The notes beneath the pieces were generated by a model. It saw nothing but the letters and a program-made list of their open reading frames with translations, was not told the DNA's origin and ran no database searches. 64,000 nucleotides of DNA. Source: a virus. Positions within the stretch are counted from its first letter, which is position 1; the number at the start of each line of letters is the position of its first letter. Both the position numbers and the translations under genes were made by a program. Of the stretch, positions 33,019-42,916 are shown piece after piece. The stretch lies in the IMG/VR virus record IMGVR_UViG_3300031521_000011, positions 104,245-168,244 of that record. One strand, written 5' to 3'.

Positions 33019-33699
33019 TCACTTCTTGATTATTTCGACGTCCTGGATTTTTCCCTGTATTCCCAGGATTCCCTCCTTTATCGTCTGTGCTCCAAGTATC
33101 ACACCAGTGATACCGATCCCGGCTACAAGAGCCCCTCCAACCGTCTTAAGAATCGCCTCGCCCTTACCCATCTTTCTTCCTCCTATTATCATAACTGATT
33201 TTACACTTTTGAATCTACGATACTCGTCGGGCGTTATCATCTCAACCGCATCATAGGCAGTAAGATATGGCTTTACGATCTTATAGAGCTTATCCGTGAC
33301 CTGATCTACCGGCAATACCTTGTCATCGATGCGAATTTCGATGATAGATGTGAGCCTTGTATTGTCAAAAATCGAGGATAAGAACTCTATTTCATCGCTA
33401 TCGAAAAAAATAGATTCCCTCTTTTCATCAAATCGTCTTTGAACCCTGGCTTTCCGATGTGGCTCAAATTCACCAACTCTTTTGTCAAACTCCACACAGT
33501 TTAAATCTTCAGCGCATTCCAAACTGTATTTTAAATCGAATACTGATTCACTTGCCGTAGCCCACACATCGCGAAATAACAAAGAAATCCTTGGGTGGAT
33601 GTACATTGCTATATCGTAATTTTCACTATCTTCCCTCTGCACAGGCACTGCATACGTGAAGTCTATCAGTATCCTCTCCGCAAAATATGGAACTATCAC
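33019..33699 (-). CDS. Hypothetical protein; last 50 aa have their own RBS/ATG (33171) and resemble the neighbouring peptides
   Basis: AGGAGGAAGAAAG-ATG in frame; GGALVAGIGITGVILGA. Confidence 0.6.
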   Translation of the reverse strand: MIVPYFAERILIDFTYAVPVQREDSENYDIAMYIHPRISLLFRDVWATASESVFDLKYSLECAEDLNCVEFDKRVGEFEPHRKARVQRRFDEKRESIFFDSDEIEFLSSIFDNTRLTSIIEIRIDDKVLPVDQVTDKLYKIVKPYLTAYDAVEMITPDEYRRFKSVKSVMIIGGRKMGKGEAILKTVGGALVAGIGITGVILGAQTIKEGILGIQGKIQDVEIIKK

Positions 33700-33756
33700 A
33701 CCACTCCTACCCCTTTCCTATGCCAAACAAAGGGGCGGATTAATCCGCCCCACTGC

Positions 33757-33933
33757 TCATTTTTTTGTGATTTTATATTTGCCAAGCCTGGCCATACGCA
33801 TGACCTCTTCGCCCTCTACCTGGGCGGATTTTCGCGAAAAATCCATTAGGAGCGTCGCTCCCACGAATGTAATGCCTATCAGGAAAACATTACCTACGTG
33901 TTTACCGACTTGCTTGAGAACATCGTTAAACAT
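33757..33933 (-). CDS. Small hydrophobic peptide (58 aa, not in ORF track)
   Basis: AAGGAGG SD; MFNDVLKQVGKHVGNVFLIGITFVGATLLMDF...; terminator GGGGCGGA-TTAA-TCCGCCCC at ~33732-33751. Confidence 0.65.
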   Translation of the reverse strand: MFNDVLKQVGKHVGNVFLIGITFVGATLLMDFSRKSAQVEGEEVMRMARLGKYKITKK

Positions 33934-33955
33934 TGTCTGAATCCCTCCTTTGTAC

Positions 33956-33973
33956 TTTTATTACTTATACCAA
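33956..33973 (-). promoter_or_regulatory. Repeated promoter-like motif TTGGTATAAGWWATAAAA (also 34255-34272, 40930-40947)
   Basis: Three near-identical copies, each just upstream of the SD of a small peptide gene. Confidence 0.6.
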
Positions 33974-34041
33974 TTTTTTTGGTATTTAAGGTACAAAAAA
34001 GAAAAGGAAGGGGAGGGGCCGAAGCCCCTCCCCGTTTGTGA

Positions 34042-34233
34042 TTACTCAGCTGCCGGAACTGCCGGAACTATGGGCTGGTCTTCCTCGACCACGGGAACCA
34101 AGTTGACCCTGTCTTCAACGACAAGGAGGGCGGTTGCACCAACCGCCACTACACCAGCGCCGATAGCTACGCCCGTTGTGAGTTTGCGGTGTCTCTTGAT
34201 GGCCAGCAGAATCTTGGCGAAAAAGTTTTCCAT
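34042..34233 (-). CDS. Small hydrophobic peptide
   Basis: GGAGG SD; GVAIGAGVVAVGATALLVV; terminator at ~34010-34033. Confidence 0.65.
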   Translation of the reverse strand: MENFFAKILLAIKRHRKLTTGVAIGAGVVAVGATALLVVEDRVNLVPVVEEDQPIVPAVPAAE

Positions 34234-34303
34234 GTGTCAATACCTCCAGGTTTATTTTATATCTTATACCAACGATATGGAAATATATGAAATTATTGAT
34301 GCC

Positions 34304-37300
34304 TCAGAATAACGTCGATAATGAGGCTGCGGAACTGGGTTTTTCTACTTTGGTGATTTCGCTGGAGCTTCCGTCGTTGACAAAGTCCTTGATATAGAAC
34401 CTGTAAAAATTAACTCTAGGATGCTCATTCCCGTTATTCTCCTTTATCAGGTCATCATTCTTAAGCTGAATCACCTTCCTGACTGGCGGCGGGGTATTGA
34501 ATGCGAGCTGCACCCATTTCGTTACGTTGCGTGGGTAGATTCTTTCACCGGTCATATGTTCCTCTATGAAGCACTTGAGGTGAATCAGATTGATATCAAA
34601 CCAACCTTCTTTCTCGTTGTACTCTATGGGTTCCTGGTACTTATGGTTAAGTGGCATAGTATATGACCTGTCCTTGTAAGAAATCCTGCCAATAAATTCA
34701 TAGGCTATCTGTGTTACCACAAATTTCATGATGCCTTCTGGGGTTGAATCGTCTGCAGTCCTTCTCGCACCCACTATGATTGTGTCGTGATACTCTGTCA
34801 AAGCGGCCTCGTATGGACCATTGATTTCATCATATTTCATATTCGGATCACTGACTTTACCAGTAATGAAAGCATCTACGAACCGGGCAACGGTCAGTAG
34901 AGGATTAATCAACTGAGAGGCTCTGGGTGAATTTGTTTTGATTTTGTCGACTTTGCTGTCAAAAATATCATGCAGCAGTTTAAAATGAGTCAAGGCCGAA
35001 ATGCAGCACCGGCTGGTGAGATTGCGCATGATATCCATTCGTTCGCTGACATATGTCTTAGGGTCTTCCATCGATATGCCATCATCTGGCTTTATGCGAT
35101 AGCTCTTGACCTCAATGCACCTGTCTCCGATGATGTCCTCAATACCCAAAATGTTTAGGATAATCTTCGGCCCATACGGACAGAATGATTCTGTGAGATT
35201 GAGTTCAGTGTTGAACCGATAGACCAATCCGGCCTTTGTGTATCCGCCTTTAAGAACGGAGGCCATAACCGAATCCGCCGCCTTGGTTCGAGATGTAAGA
35301 TTCTCCATTTCATCCAGAATCATTGTGCCGCCTTCAACGGCAATTAGGCGGAATAGGCTGGCGTCAGTGATATTGATGGCGTGCTTTGCATCGAAAGCGA
35401 GTAGATACAGAACAGTGCCCAGTGTGGATTTTCCAGAACCCTTTTCACCATTAAGGTACAGATATGGGTATTCCATGAAAAGGTCATAGAAGTACGTCCC
35501 ATAGATATACAAAGCCAGCAGTTTATAGGTGAGCGTATCTTTGGAGAAATAGAATTTCCGAACCCAGCTCTCGATTTCCCTGATGATATTGCCGGGATCA
35601 AGCTGGTCATTCGTAAGCCCCTTATTCTTCCATTGATCCACCACAGATTGCCACAAGCTACACTCATGGGAGTCCATGATTGGCGCTGGCACTTCTTCAC
35701 GAAGCTCATACTTGTTATCCACCAGCAGCATACATTGAGGGTCTTTCCGTTTCAGGAGGTCGAGCCGAATTTCTATTCCATCATTACGAAGCAGGTATGG
35801 GATTCGCCGACACACATCTCCGTCACGCATTTCGCGTGTGAAGTACATGTAGGCATCGCCATTCCTCGTGTTGAAATATTGAGATATCTTCATCTTAGGG
35901 ATGTACTCCAGGTTTCCAATGACAGCGTCATTTTGCATGTCATTTAGTTCTTTTAGAATATTGTCAAAGACGTCATTGCTGAACTTTCTCTTCAGCTTAT
36001 CCACAAGGTTATTCGTATCAGTCCCCTTTGATCGGAAGAGATATCCAGCCAGCAGTTTCAGAACCTCGGTTTTATGGGTTGTGAATGCATACACCTCTAT
36101 CAATTCATCAAATGTATGCTTATCAAGATCCTTATTGAAGAACCTATCAATCTCCTCACCGAGGTAATAATGGAACGGCTTTATTTTGTTTTTACACCGA
36201 CTCAGTATTTGATTCGGATTTTGTTCCTCGATGCGTTCCTTGCCATTCTCATCCACCAGGAAAAACTCCATCTTCCCGATTACTTCCAGATTCCTATCAC
36301 GGTCCTTGATCTCGAAGTTGAGTATCTTGTGGCGATTTTTTACAGACCAGTTATTCACGCCGTCTCTGACGATGTGGAAGTTCTCCGTTAGAACAAACGG
36401 AGCTATCTTCATTAATTCGGTTACCGGCTTCGCATCGGAATTGTCGCGGTAATAGTCGTCAATGTCGTTGAAGACTTCACCAAAGTCCAACTTTCGGACA
36501 TCTTTATGTGGAAACCTTTCCTGTATCATCCTGTAGTATTTCCGGCCAGAATCGTCATTGTCGGTGGCCACAAAAATCTGAGCATCAACCTTCTCTAAAC
36601 CATCAAGCTGATTCTCTCCCTCTTCACGGACCATGCCGCCAAGCCAGATGACATTCTCCCAGCCGTTCTCAAATATAGACTCTGCATCGTTCTCACCCTC
36701 AACGACAACCGTTGATTTCTTGAAGGAATAGCCCGGAGCATAACCCAGAACTTTTGCGCCGGTAGAGTAACCCGGGGTGGGGGTTGTCTCGTTTGGCATA
36801 CAAGCGCCGAATGGATTCTTGATATTGAACCTCATTACATCGCCGGTGGACGGATGGAAATACGGATACACGTAGGACCCCTGCGGGAACCATACCTTTG
36901 CTTCCTTAATTTCATCCTTTGTATACCCATCTTTTTCCAAGATGTTGATGAGGCCCATATAGTCCACAGAAAACATAACCCTGAATTTAATCAGGGTTTC
37001 CTGCTTATGTTTTCTGACCTTGAGCTGATACTCAAGGGGTGTGTATTTTCGGTCTCGTCCCTTCACCTCTACTTTATACAGCTCCTCCATCGTCAGAAGC
37101 TTATTGTGATAGAAATCGACAGCCCTCATCCGCATATCTTGGATTCGGATACTATGCTCTGCTGCCTTGATCTCCTCTTCCGTACCAACCACAGGATATG
37201 GTATACCACTCCATTTTTCGAGATCGCGGATGATTTCATGACGAGTCTTGCGCAGTTTTTCACGCCCATAATTGATGTATGACGTGATGTGTGTGCCATG

Positions 37301-37507
37301 CCATCCGCATCCACCGGAAAAACAATTAACGTTATTAAGATTACCAACTGTTGCGCAGTCACTATGCCCGCACATTGGGCACGGCTCAAGTCTATATCCG
37401 TTCCCAACAGGCACAACTTTAATGCCGCCATACATAACATTGTAAAAATCCTCGACGGAGCCATTGATTTTACCGGCGACGATATCATACCAGCCTAGTC
37501 TGTCCAC
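34304..37507 (-). CDS. DNA primase-helicase (Zn finger + TOPRIM + P-loop)
   Basis: CPMCGH..C..NCF; VVVEGENDA; ATDNDDSG; NGEKGSGKST; ILDEME. Confidence 0.88.
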   Translation of the reverse strand: MDRLGWYDIVAGKINGSVEDFYNVMYGGIKVVPVGNGYRLEPCPMCGHSDCATVGNLNNVNCFSGGCGWHGTHITSYINYGREKLRKTRHEIIRDLEKWSGIPYPVVGTEEEIKAAEHSIRIQDMRMRAVDFYHNKLLTMEELYKVEVKGRDRKYTPLEYQLKVRKHKQETLIKFRVMFSVDYMGLINILEKDGYTKDEIKEAKVWFPQGSYVYPYFHPSTGDVMRFNIKNPFGACMPNETTPTPGYSTGAKVLGYAPGYSFKKSTVVVEGENDAESIFENGWENVIWLGGMVREEGENQLDGLEKVDAQIFVATDNDDSGRKYYRMIQERFPHKDVRKLDFGEVFNDIDDYYRDNSDAKPVTELMKIAPFVLTENFHIVRDGVNNWSVKNRHKILNFEIKDRDRNLEVIGKMEFFLVDENGKERIEEQNPNQILSRCKNKIKPFHYYLGEEIDRFFNKDLDKHTFDELIEVYAFTTHKTEVLKLLAGYLFRSKGTDTNNLVDKLKRKFSNDVFDNILKELNDMQNDAVIGNLEYIPKMKISQYFNTRNGDAYMYFTREMRDGDVCRRIPYLLRNDGIEIRLDLLKRKDPQCMLLVDNKYELREEVPAPIMDSHECSLWQSVVDQWKNKGLTNDQLDPGNIIREIESWVRKFYFSKDTLTYKLLALYIYGTYFYDLFMEYPYLYLNGEKGSGKSTLGTVLYLLAFDAKHAINITDASLFRLIAVEGGTMILDEMENLTSRTKAADSVMASVLKGGYTKAGLVYRFNTELNLTESFCPYGPKIILNILGIEDIIGDRCIEVKSYRIKPDDGISMEDPKTYVSERMDIMRNLTSRCCISALTHFKLLHDIFDSKVDKIKTNSPRASQLINPLLTVARFVDAFITGKVSDPNMKYDEINGPYEAALTEYHDTIIVGARRTADDSTPEGIMKFVVTQIAYEFIGRISYKDRSYTMPLNHKYQEPIEYNEKEGWFDINLIHLKCFIEEHMTGERIYPRNVTKWVQLAFNTPPPVRKVIQLKNDDLIKENNGNEHPRVNFYRFYIKDFVNDGSSSEITKVEKPSSAASLSTLF

Positions 37508-37640
37508 CGTACCCCTTCTTTCCTCGTTTGGCGAGTGTTCCTATTGTAGCACCTTTTTTAGGTAAAATAAATACAAACTCCTCCTCATTATGAGTAGGGT
37601 TTTATCCCTTATTCAGCTCGCCCCTGACATTTTTTTCCTG

Positions 37641-38492
37641 CTAAAAGACGATGGTATATGGCTGAACGATTAAGCCAAGGGCTACAGAAATATCTCCGTT
37701 GGTCCACCCTGTAGTTGGATCATACATCTTCATCGTCACAGATCCTGGATTATCCGGATCCGTGACAGTATTATAATGCATGGAGACAAAATCGCTTTGA
37801 CCCTCGAATGCAGCCATCAACTCATACAGATAAAAGCTTTGCAATAGTATCGGTTCCTTGTCGTTAAGGGAAGGATTCATGATATTCTTTGCTGGCAGTA
37901 TTAACTTTATAGCGAATGATCGTTCTTTTTCCTTTGCTTCTTTGGTCATATTGTAGAATTTGAATTCCAGACTCATATTGGATATGTCTGGAATTATTGC
38001 CACAAATTTCCGCATTTTCTCCGCCCAGCTATTTTTGAAGATTAAATCCATCTGATCAATGAACTCCTTACGGTTAAAGACAAACATCTGGTCCTTCCAG
38101 TCCATAAAAAATCCATGGAACATATGGATATTGAGTCGTTCCGGCTGGGTGAAGGTTACGGTATCCCAAAGATCATCTTCATATCTGTAAAAAATATGAG
38201 TTAATCCGCCGGCAGCTTTCTCCCTGGAGATTACTTGCAGCAGAACATCTTCAGATTGCGTGATGCTTTCACCCTTCAGCTCGAAGAGTACCGTGCCGCC
38301 CGGCTGCCGGTCCGGTATCCTGACCCGTATAAAGAAGTGGCCGTTGGTGGCATAGGCCCATTGGCCTGCGAATACGACCCCACAAAGGTCGTATTCGTCT
38401 GTATTCTTGAAAAATCCGTATCCCTTCACCCGGCGCTGAATATCGCTGATAAAACTAAGATGCCTGACGACATCAGACTTTGCATTGAACAT
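37641..38492 (-). CDS. Divergent beta-clamp (DnaN)-like protein
   Basis: LCGVVF...AYATNGHF resembles DnaN LxGV...ATDGHRL; ILLQSFYLYELMAAF resembles FNxxYLxxxL. Confidence 0.45.
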   Translation of the reverse strand: MFNAKSDVVRHLSFISDIQRRVKGYGFFKNTDEYDLCGVVFAGQWAYATNGHFFIRVRIPDRQPGGTVLFELKGESITQSEDVLLQVISREKAAGGLTHIFYRYEDDLWDTVTFTQPERLNIHMFHGFFMDWKDQMFVFNRKEFIDQMDLIFKNSWAEKMRKFVAIIPDISNMSLEFKFYNMTKEAKEKERSFAIKLILPAKNIMNPSLNDKEPILLQSFYLYELMAAFEGQSDFVSMHYNTVTDPDNPGSVTMKMYDPTTGWTNGDISVALGLIVQPYTIVF

Positions 38493-38761
38493 TACATTCC
38501 CTCCGTCAATTTTATTTGGGCAGCATTATAGATTTCATTCTCGTAGGCATATGCGAATTTATTTGCATCCAAGTATTTGATGATTTCGTCAATGCTGACA
38601 TCATCCTTTTTCATTTCATAGAGAATATCGTAGCATTTTGCTATAATATCCCCTACGATTTCACTATAGAGGAGACGGACATTGACAATAACACCATGCT
38701 TTCTTATAAGTCTGGACATGGTTTCTGTTACGATTTTCTCGAAATCCTGAGTGCGTATCAA
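38492..38761 (-). CDS. Hypothetical protein
   Basis: Coupled to neighbours; SD AGGAG. Confidence 0.55.
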   Translation of the reverse strand: MIRTQDFEKIVTETMSRLIRKHGVIVNVRLLYSEIVGDIIAKCYDILYEMKKDDVSIDEIIKYLDANKFAYAYENEIYNAAQIKLTEGM

Positions 38762-39054
38762 TGTATCCGTCTCCTTTCTTCAAATAAAGATATTTGCGAT
38801 GAGTTAACAATCCGACCATCCTCATCTCGCTGATACGTGAACCTATATGAGTCCAATGTGGACTCTATATTACTGGGGGAGACCTCCTCCATCAGTATTG
38901 CGCATTCATAGTCGGACGCTTCAAAGTCTAATCCCTTGCTGTAGATATAGGAGCATACCAGTATCTGGGCACACTCCATCACCACGCTTACCTTCGGTAT
39001 CCTGCCTTCCAGTTCCCAAGCCTCTCGATATGCAGACACCAATATCTCATCCAC
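38758..39054 (-). CDS. Hypothetical protein with QISLF clamp-binding-like motif
   Basis: Overlapping start/stop with neighbours; C-terminal SQISLFEE. Confidence 0.55.
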   Translation of the reverse strand: MDEILVSAYREAWELEGRIPKVSVVMECAQILVCSYIYSKGLDFEASDYECAILMEEVSPSNIESTLDSYRFTYQRDEDGRIVNSSQISLFEERRRIH

Positions 39055-39712
39055 TCTTGGACAACTCCATTCGATCTACGCTTAATATGTTGCTGTATGG
39101 CATTTCTATCAGCAGGGTCTGTGCTGCATTATCCACATATTCCTCTGTAAAAACATTCATCTTAATTCCATCGATGGCCACCGTCTTACACTCGAATCTC
39201 AGATAACATAATTTATGGTAATCAAGGACATCCTGTATAGAGCACTCCATTGCGCCACCCATGGAGGAATACATCTCCGTCAGCATTTCCTCGTATTCGA
39301 TGATAAATTCATGAACGTCTTCAGCTTCAGTTTCGCCTTTAGACAGCGCTTCCTCGAAGCATACAATAATGGCCTCCATATCCTCTCCAAGCTCAGACAT
39401 TGCAATATTATGTATTATTTCCTCAAACTTTCCATAGACATCGCAATCCATTTCCTCGAGAGATGGCGGTTTGAGATCCTGAACATCGTCAAGGATACCT
39501 TTCTGTCTCCACAGTGTCTCATAAGACATAATGGTTTCCCTCTCGAACCAATCGTTGACCCCGCCCCGGCCCAGCTTCCATCCCGGATACGCCATCTGTT
39601 GCAGATCCCAAATACATTCTGGATCCAGTGCATCAAACAGCGCATCCGGTACGAGAGACCACCTTCTTGCGGGTTCGTCAGAACCCGTATTTGCATAATA
39701 GTCTCCGCTCAT
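39047..39712 (-). CDS. Acidic hypothetical protein
   Basis: Operon packing. Confidence 0.6.
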   Translation of the reverse strand: MSGDYYANTGSDEPARRWSLVPDALFDALDPECIWDLQQMAYPGWKLGRGGVNDWFERETIMSYETLWRQKGILDDVQDLKPPSLEEMDCDVYGKFEEIIHNIAMSELGEDMEAIIVCFEEALSKGETEAEDVHEFIIEYEEMLTEMYSSMGGAMECSIQDVLDYHKLCYLRFECKTVAIDGIKMNVFTEEYVDNAAQTLLIEMPYSNILSVDRMELSKSG

Positions 39713-40672
39713 TTACCTTACATCCCCCTTGTTCTTTATCCTAAGTGGACCAAGAGCGATCTGAACGAGCGGATAGGAGTCATCCTCCTTCTTACCAACT
39801 AGGAGTATTGGCTTCTCCGGGTCATCATTAATGAACATGTCGATGTAGTTAAATCCTTTCATTGCCCCTAACACATTGATGAAGACAGAGCAATCCAAAT
39901 GGATTGGATGAAAATCGTGATCAAGCGGCAGGACAAATGGAATCTGAACCTTATGCCTGTCTTCATAATGCATCGACTCATACAGCTCTTCATCACTCTC
40001 TGGCATAAACCCAGCCGGCGAGATATGCATCAGGAACTCGATACCCTGGAAGAACCTGGACTTGGCGTTGACGAATGTGATTCCGTTTTTCTCCTCAACG
40101 ATTCCGCACTGATACACCTTTTCACTTTTCAGGTGCTCTGCAGATAGATCACTATACTTATCGAGGAGAAACACCCGGCTGCGGTCACTTGGATGATAGA
40201 ACCCCATCTGTTCGTGCTCTGGAATGTACTTTGCGATCAGCAATGCCATGCGTGGAGAGGGCTTTACTGTTGCCCTTACGATTATACGGACCTTTGATCT
40301 CTCCAGGTTCGTCTGGAATGCATCTGTAATTGAATTGTAGACGTTACCAACCGGTATTCTTATGACCTGGTTGTATTCCACTTTAGCCATTCTGGCCCTG
40401 AGCTCATCGGCTGACAGAGGGAACTTGTTCGTTCTCCACATATCATCTTCGATCACAAGAAAAGGTTCCTCATTCTTATAAGAGAACCTGCCGAACTCAC
40501 TCCACCGAGCGATGAAGGACTCTCCCACAGCCCACGCCTCATCGGTAACACGAGTCCCATCTGAAAATAAGTTGAATAGAATTCCCCAATTCCTTGGATT
40601 GCCCTTATTGCAATCAACTGCCAGAGGTGCAAACTCCCCAATGACTTTAATGGTATTCTCAGTATAATCCAT
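39713..40672 (-). CDS. Second divergent beta-clamp-like protein
   Basis: C-terminus IHLDCSVFINVLGAM..IDMFINDDPEKPILL..QIALGPLR parallels the DnaN C-terminus (..SPxLI..xLMPxR). Confidence 0.4.
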   Translation of the reverse strand: MDYTENTIKVIGEFAPLAVDCNKGNPRNWGILFNLFSDGTRVTDEAWAVGESFIARWSEFGRFSYKNEEPFLVIEDDMWRTNKFPLSADELRARMAKVEYNQVIRIPVGNVYNSITDAFQTNLERSKVRIIVRATVKPSPRMALLIAKYIPEHEQMGFYHPSDRSRVFLLDKYSDLSAEHLKSEKVYQCGIVEEKNGITFVNAKSRFFQGIEFLMHISPAGFMPESDEELYESMHYEDRHKVQIPFVLPLDHDFHPIHLDCSVFINVLGAMKGFNYIDMFINDDPEKPILLVGKKEDDSYPLVQIALGPLRIKNKGDVR

Positions 40673-40726
40673 ATTCTGTCTCCTTTCAGCGCAAAAAAGA
40701 ACGGCGCCTAAGGCGCCGTTAAAGTT

Positions 40727-40909
40727 TTATTGAAGGTCCGCCGGTGGCGTGCTGTTGCCGATTTCCCGGGCTGTCTTAGATAACCCTGTGGTTGCTATTG
40801 TTGAGATGACAAGGCCACCGATAGTGAGCAGCGCGCCAAACAAGCCTATGCCGGTATTCTTCGCAAGACTCTCACTGTTGTTAAATAGTTTTTCCAAAAA
40901 ATGATCCAT
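40727..40909 (-). CDS. Small hydrophobic peptide
   Basis: AAGGAGG SD, shared promoter motif, terminator ~40700-40720; GIGLFGALLTIGGLVI. Confidence 0.65.
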   Translation of the reverse strand: MDHFLEKLFNNSESLAKNTGIGLFGALLTIGGLVISTIATTGLSKTAREIGNSTPPADLQ

Positions 40910-41058
40910 AATTTTCCCTCCTTGAATTGTTTTATTACTTATACCAAAAATAGAGTGAAAAAAAAGAGGCCCGTTAGGGCCTCATTCTGTTGCACATCTT
41001 CTCGAAGGCAAAGAAAGCAAATGCAAGGAATCTTTTCATAAACAATGTAAGCAGTGAT

Positions 41059-41577
41059 TCATCTTTTGGCACGTTGCTCAACCTCCCCAAACAAGTCTTG
41101 ATTCTTATCTGAGGAGATGAATTCAATGTTTCCAATACTGACATCGAAGGTTTTCATGGCCAGCCTTACCGCCCACAATTCTTCCACCGTGAGCTCCAGG
41201 CGCTCTTCACCTTTAATGGTGTGCCATGGAACAACATAAACTTCTTGAGATGACTGCTCCTCTTCCAGGCTGTTTAGCCTATGGTCCGCAGTTTTTATTT
41301 TGAAGGCGACTCTGGCGACTTTTGCCTCAAGAATAGATACAATTCTCTGCTCAAGCAAATCAATCTCATCATCGATTCTTGAAATCTCATCAATGATTTC
41401 CCGCATAAGCTGAAGCCCTCTGCCATAGTCTTCATGACTCTGCTGATCAGAAAAGAAGACTTTGCCTTTAAAATTGCGTGCTACATATTCCTGACGCTGC
41501 ATCCTAAGCCTATTTTTCTCTATGATAGCGTTTTTGACTTCGTCAATGAATTTAGGAATGCGATAGGTATCACTCAT
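41059..41577 (-). CDS. Coiled-coil hypothetical protein with C-terminal NQDLF
   Basis: AGGAGG SD. Confidence 0.6.
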   Translation of the reverse strand: MSDTYRIPKFIDEVKNAIIEKNRLRMQRQEYVARNFKGKVFFSDQQSHEDYGRGLQLMREIIDEISRIDDEIDLLEQRIVSILEAKVARVAFKIKTADHRLNSLEEEQSSQEVYVVPWHTIKGEERLELTVEELWAVRLAMKTFDVSIGNIEFISSDKNQDLFGEVEQRAKR

Positions 41578-41600
41578 TTAGCGCCTCCTGGAGGGGTCAG

Positions 41601-41912
41601 TTAAACTGACCCCTTTGGATTATCGTAGATGGAGCCTTTTGGCTCCTCTTTGGCCTGTACTTCAGGATCCAAAATGCATTCATCGCAAGGGAATACATAG
41701 TATCCATTTTCAGACTTGACCTTGGCGGCCATAATGCACCGGTTGTTGCCGCACAACATATGAGGACAGTCGAGCGGCGGACCGAATTTCTCACAGTCAA
41801 ACAGTAGTCCATTACTTCCAGTATACCTCATTGGCGTTGCTGGACATATTTCCATCTTCTCCCTGTTACATCCCGGGCACTTCACGCGTCTTTTGCCTTT
41901 GATTGTCTCCAT
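41601..41912 (-). CDS. Cys-rich Zn-binding protein
   Basis: CPGC..C..C..C..CxxxxC..CDEC. Confidence 0.55.
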   Translation of the reverse strand: METIKGKRRVKCPGCNREKMEICPATPMRYTGSNGLLFDCEKFGPPLDCPHMLCGNNRCIMAAKVKSENGYYVFPCDECILDPEVQAKEEPKGSIYDNPKGSV

Positions 41913-41915
41913 AGT

Positions 41916-42623
41916 TCAGCCTCCATTTTTCGTTGTTGCGATTTTACTGACACCATTTTCAATCTTGATCTCGATGCGCTTATCGGCGCTTTGAGCCATG
42001 TAGTATGAGTGGGTGACCATGATGATCTGCCGGTCAAGCTGCCTGGAAATCGCCTTAATGAATTCCGAGAAGGCAACGATGAAATCCTCGCTGACATGCT
42101 TGCCCGGTTCATCCAATATGATTGGTCCGTTGATTGGCGGGTCCACAGCCTCTATCATGGCTATCCTGAGGGCCATACTCACGATATCCACGACTCCGCC
42201 GCCTCTTGAGTCTTGCGGTCTGTTCCTTATCTCCTGCCCGTTCTCGATGTTGACGATGTAAATTTCTGCCTCGGGCCGCCTTCTGGTGTCAGTTTGAAAT
42301 GCTTTCTTTTCATCATCTCCCCGGCGGATATCCTTCAGGTCAACTTCGAGGCGGAAATCCGGTCCCATAATAAATTGCAGGGCAGATGTGCCGATGGATT
42401 CGATCTGCTTACAACTCTGGCGCCTCTGATAGTCGCTTGTCTTCTGCAGTAGAATATTGGTTTGCCGAAGAACATCTGAATACTCAATTTGAGCCTGTAA
42501 TTCGATTTGCTTCTCTGCCAAATCGTTTTCTATCGTGCTCTTCAGGCTCTTCTTGATTTCATAGTTGGTTCTGGCTTTGTAAAGGGCATCTCCCAATGCC
42601 TGCATCTGAGTACTGGAAAACAT
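41916..42623 (-). CDS. sbcC: SbcC/Rad50-like ATPase, C-terminal half
   Basis: DSRGGG signature, IILDEPGKH Walker B/D-loop, MVTH; start at ATG 42623 after AAGGAG. Confidence 0.85.
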   Translation of the reverse strand: MFSSTQMQALGDALYKARTNYEIKKSLKSTIENDLAEKQIELQAQIEYSDVLRQTNILLQKTSDYQRRQSCKQIESIGTSALQFIMGPDFRLEVDLKDIRRGDDEKKAFQTDTRRRPEAEIYIVNIENGQEIRNRPQDSRGGGVVDIVSMALRIAMIEAVDPPINGPIILDEPGKHVSEDFIVAFSEFIKAISRQLDRQIIMVTHSYYMAQSADKRIEIKIENGVSKIATTKNGG

Positions 42624-42672
42624 TGGCGTCACTCCTTTGTGGCGGGGGATTCGCTCCCCCGCCAGCCTATAA

Positions 42673-42912
42673 TTACTTCGGAATTTTTGCGAGGAGTTCA
42701 TTGTATGCCTTGGTGATCTCCTCTTCCTTGTTCAACAGCCACTGTGCGGCCTGGTCGGGCTCAACACCCAGAGCCTTCAGCTCTTCATTGAGCGAGTCGA
42801 CAGAGCGGGTAAGCTCTGTCAGAGTTGCTTGCGCTGCCGTTAACTTGTCTTTGCCGTCCTGTACTGCCCTCTTCAGCCTCAGTAGATCGGATTCACTGAC
42901 GTTCATTGCCAT
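42673..42912 (-). CDS. Small coiled-coil protein (probable middle piece of split SbcC)
   Basis: Pure heptad pattern with LKALGVEPD turn; directly upstream of the C-terminal half. Confidence 0.6.
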   Translation of the reverse strand: MAMNVSESDLLRLKRAVQDGKDKLTAAQATLTELTRSVDSLNEELKALGVEPDQAAQWLLNKEEEITKAYNELLAKIPK

Positions 42913-42916
42913 GATT

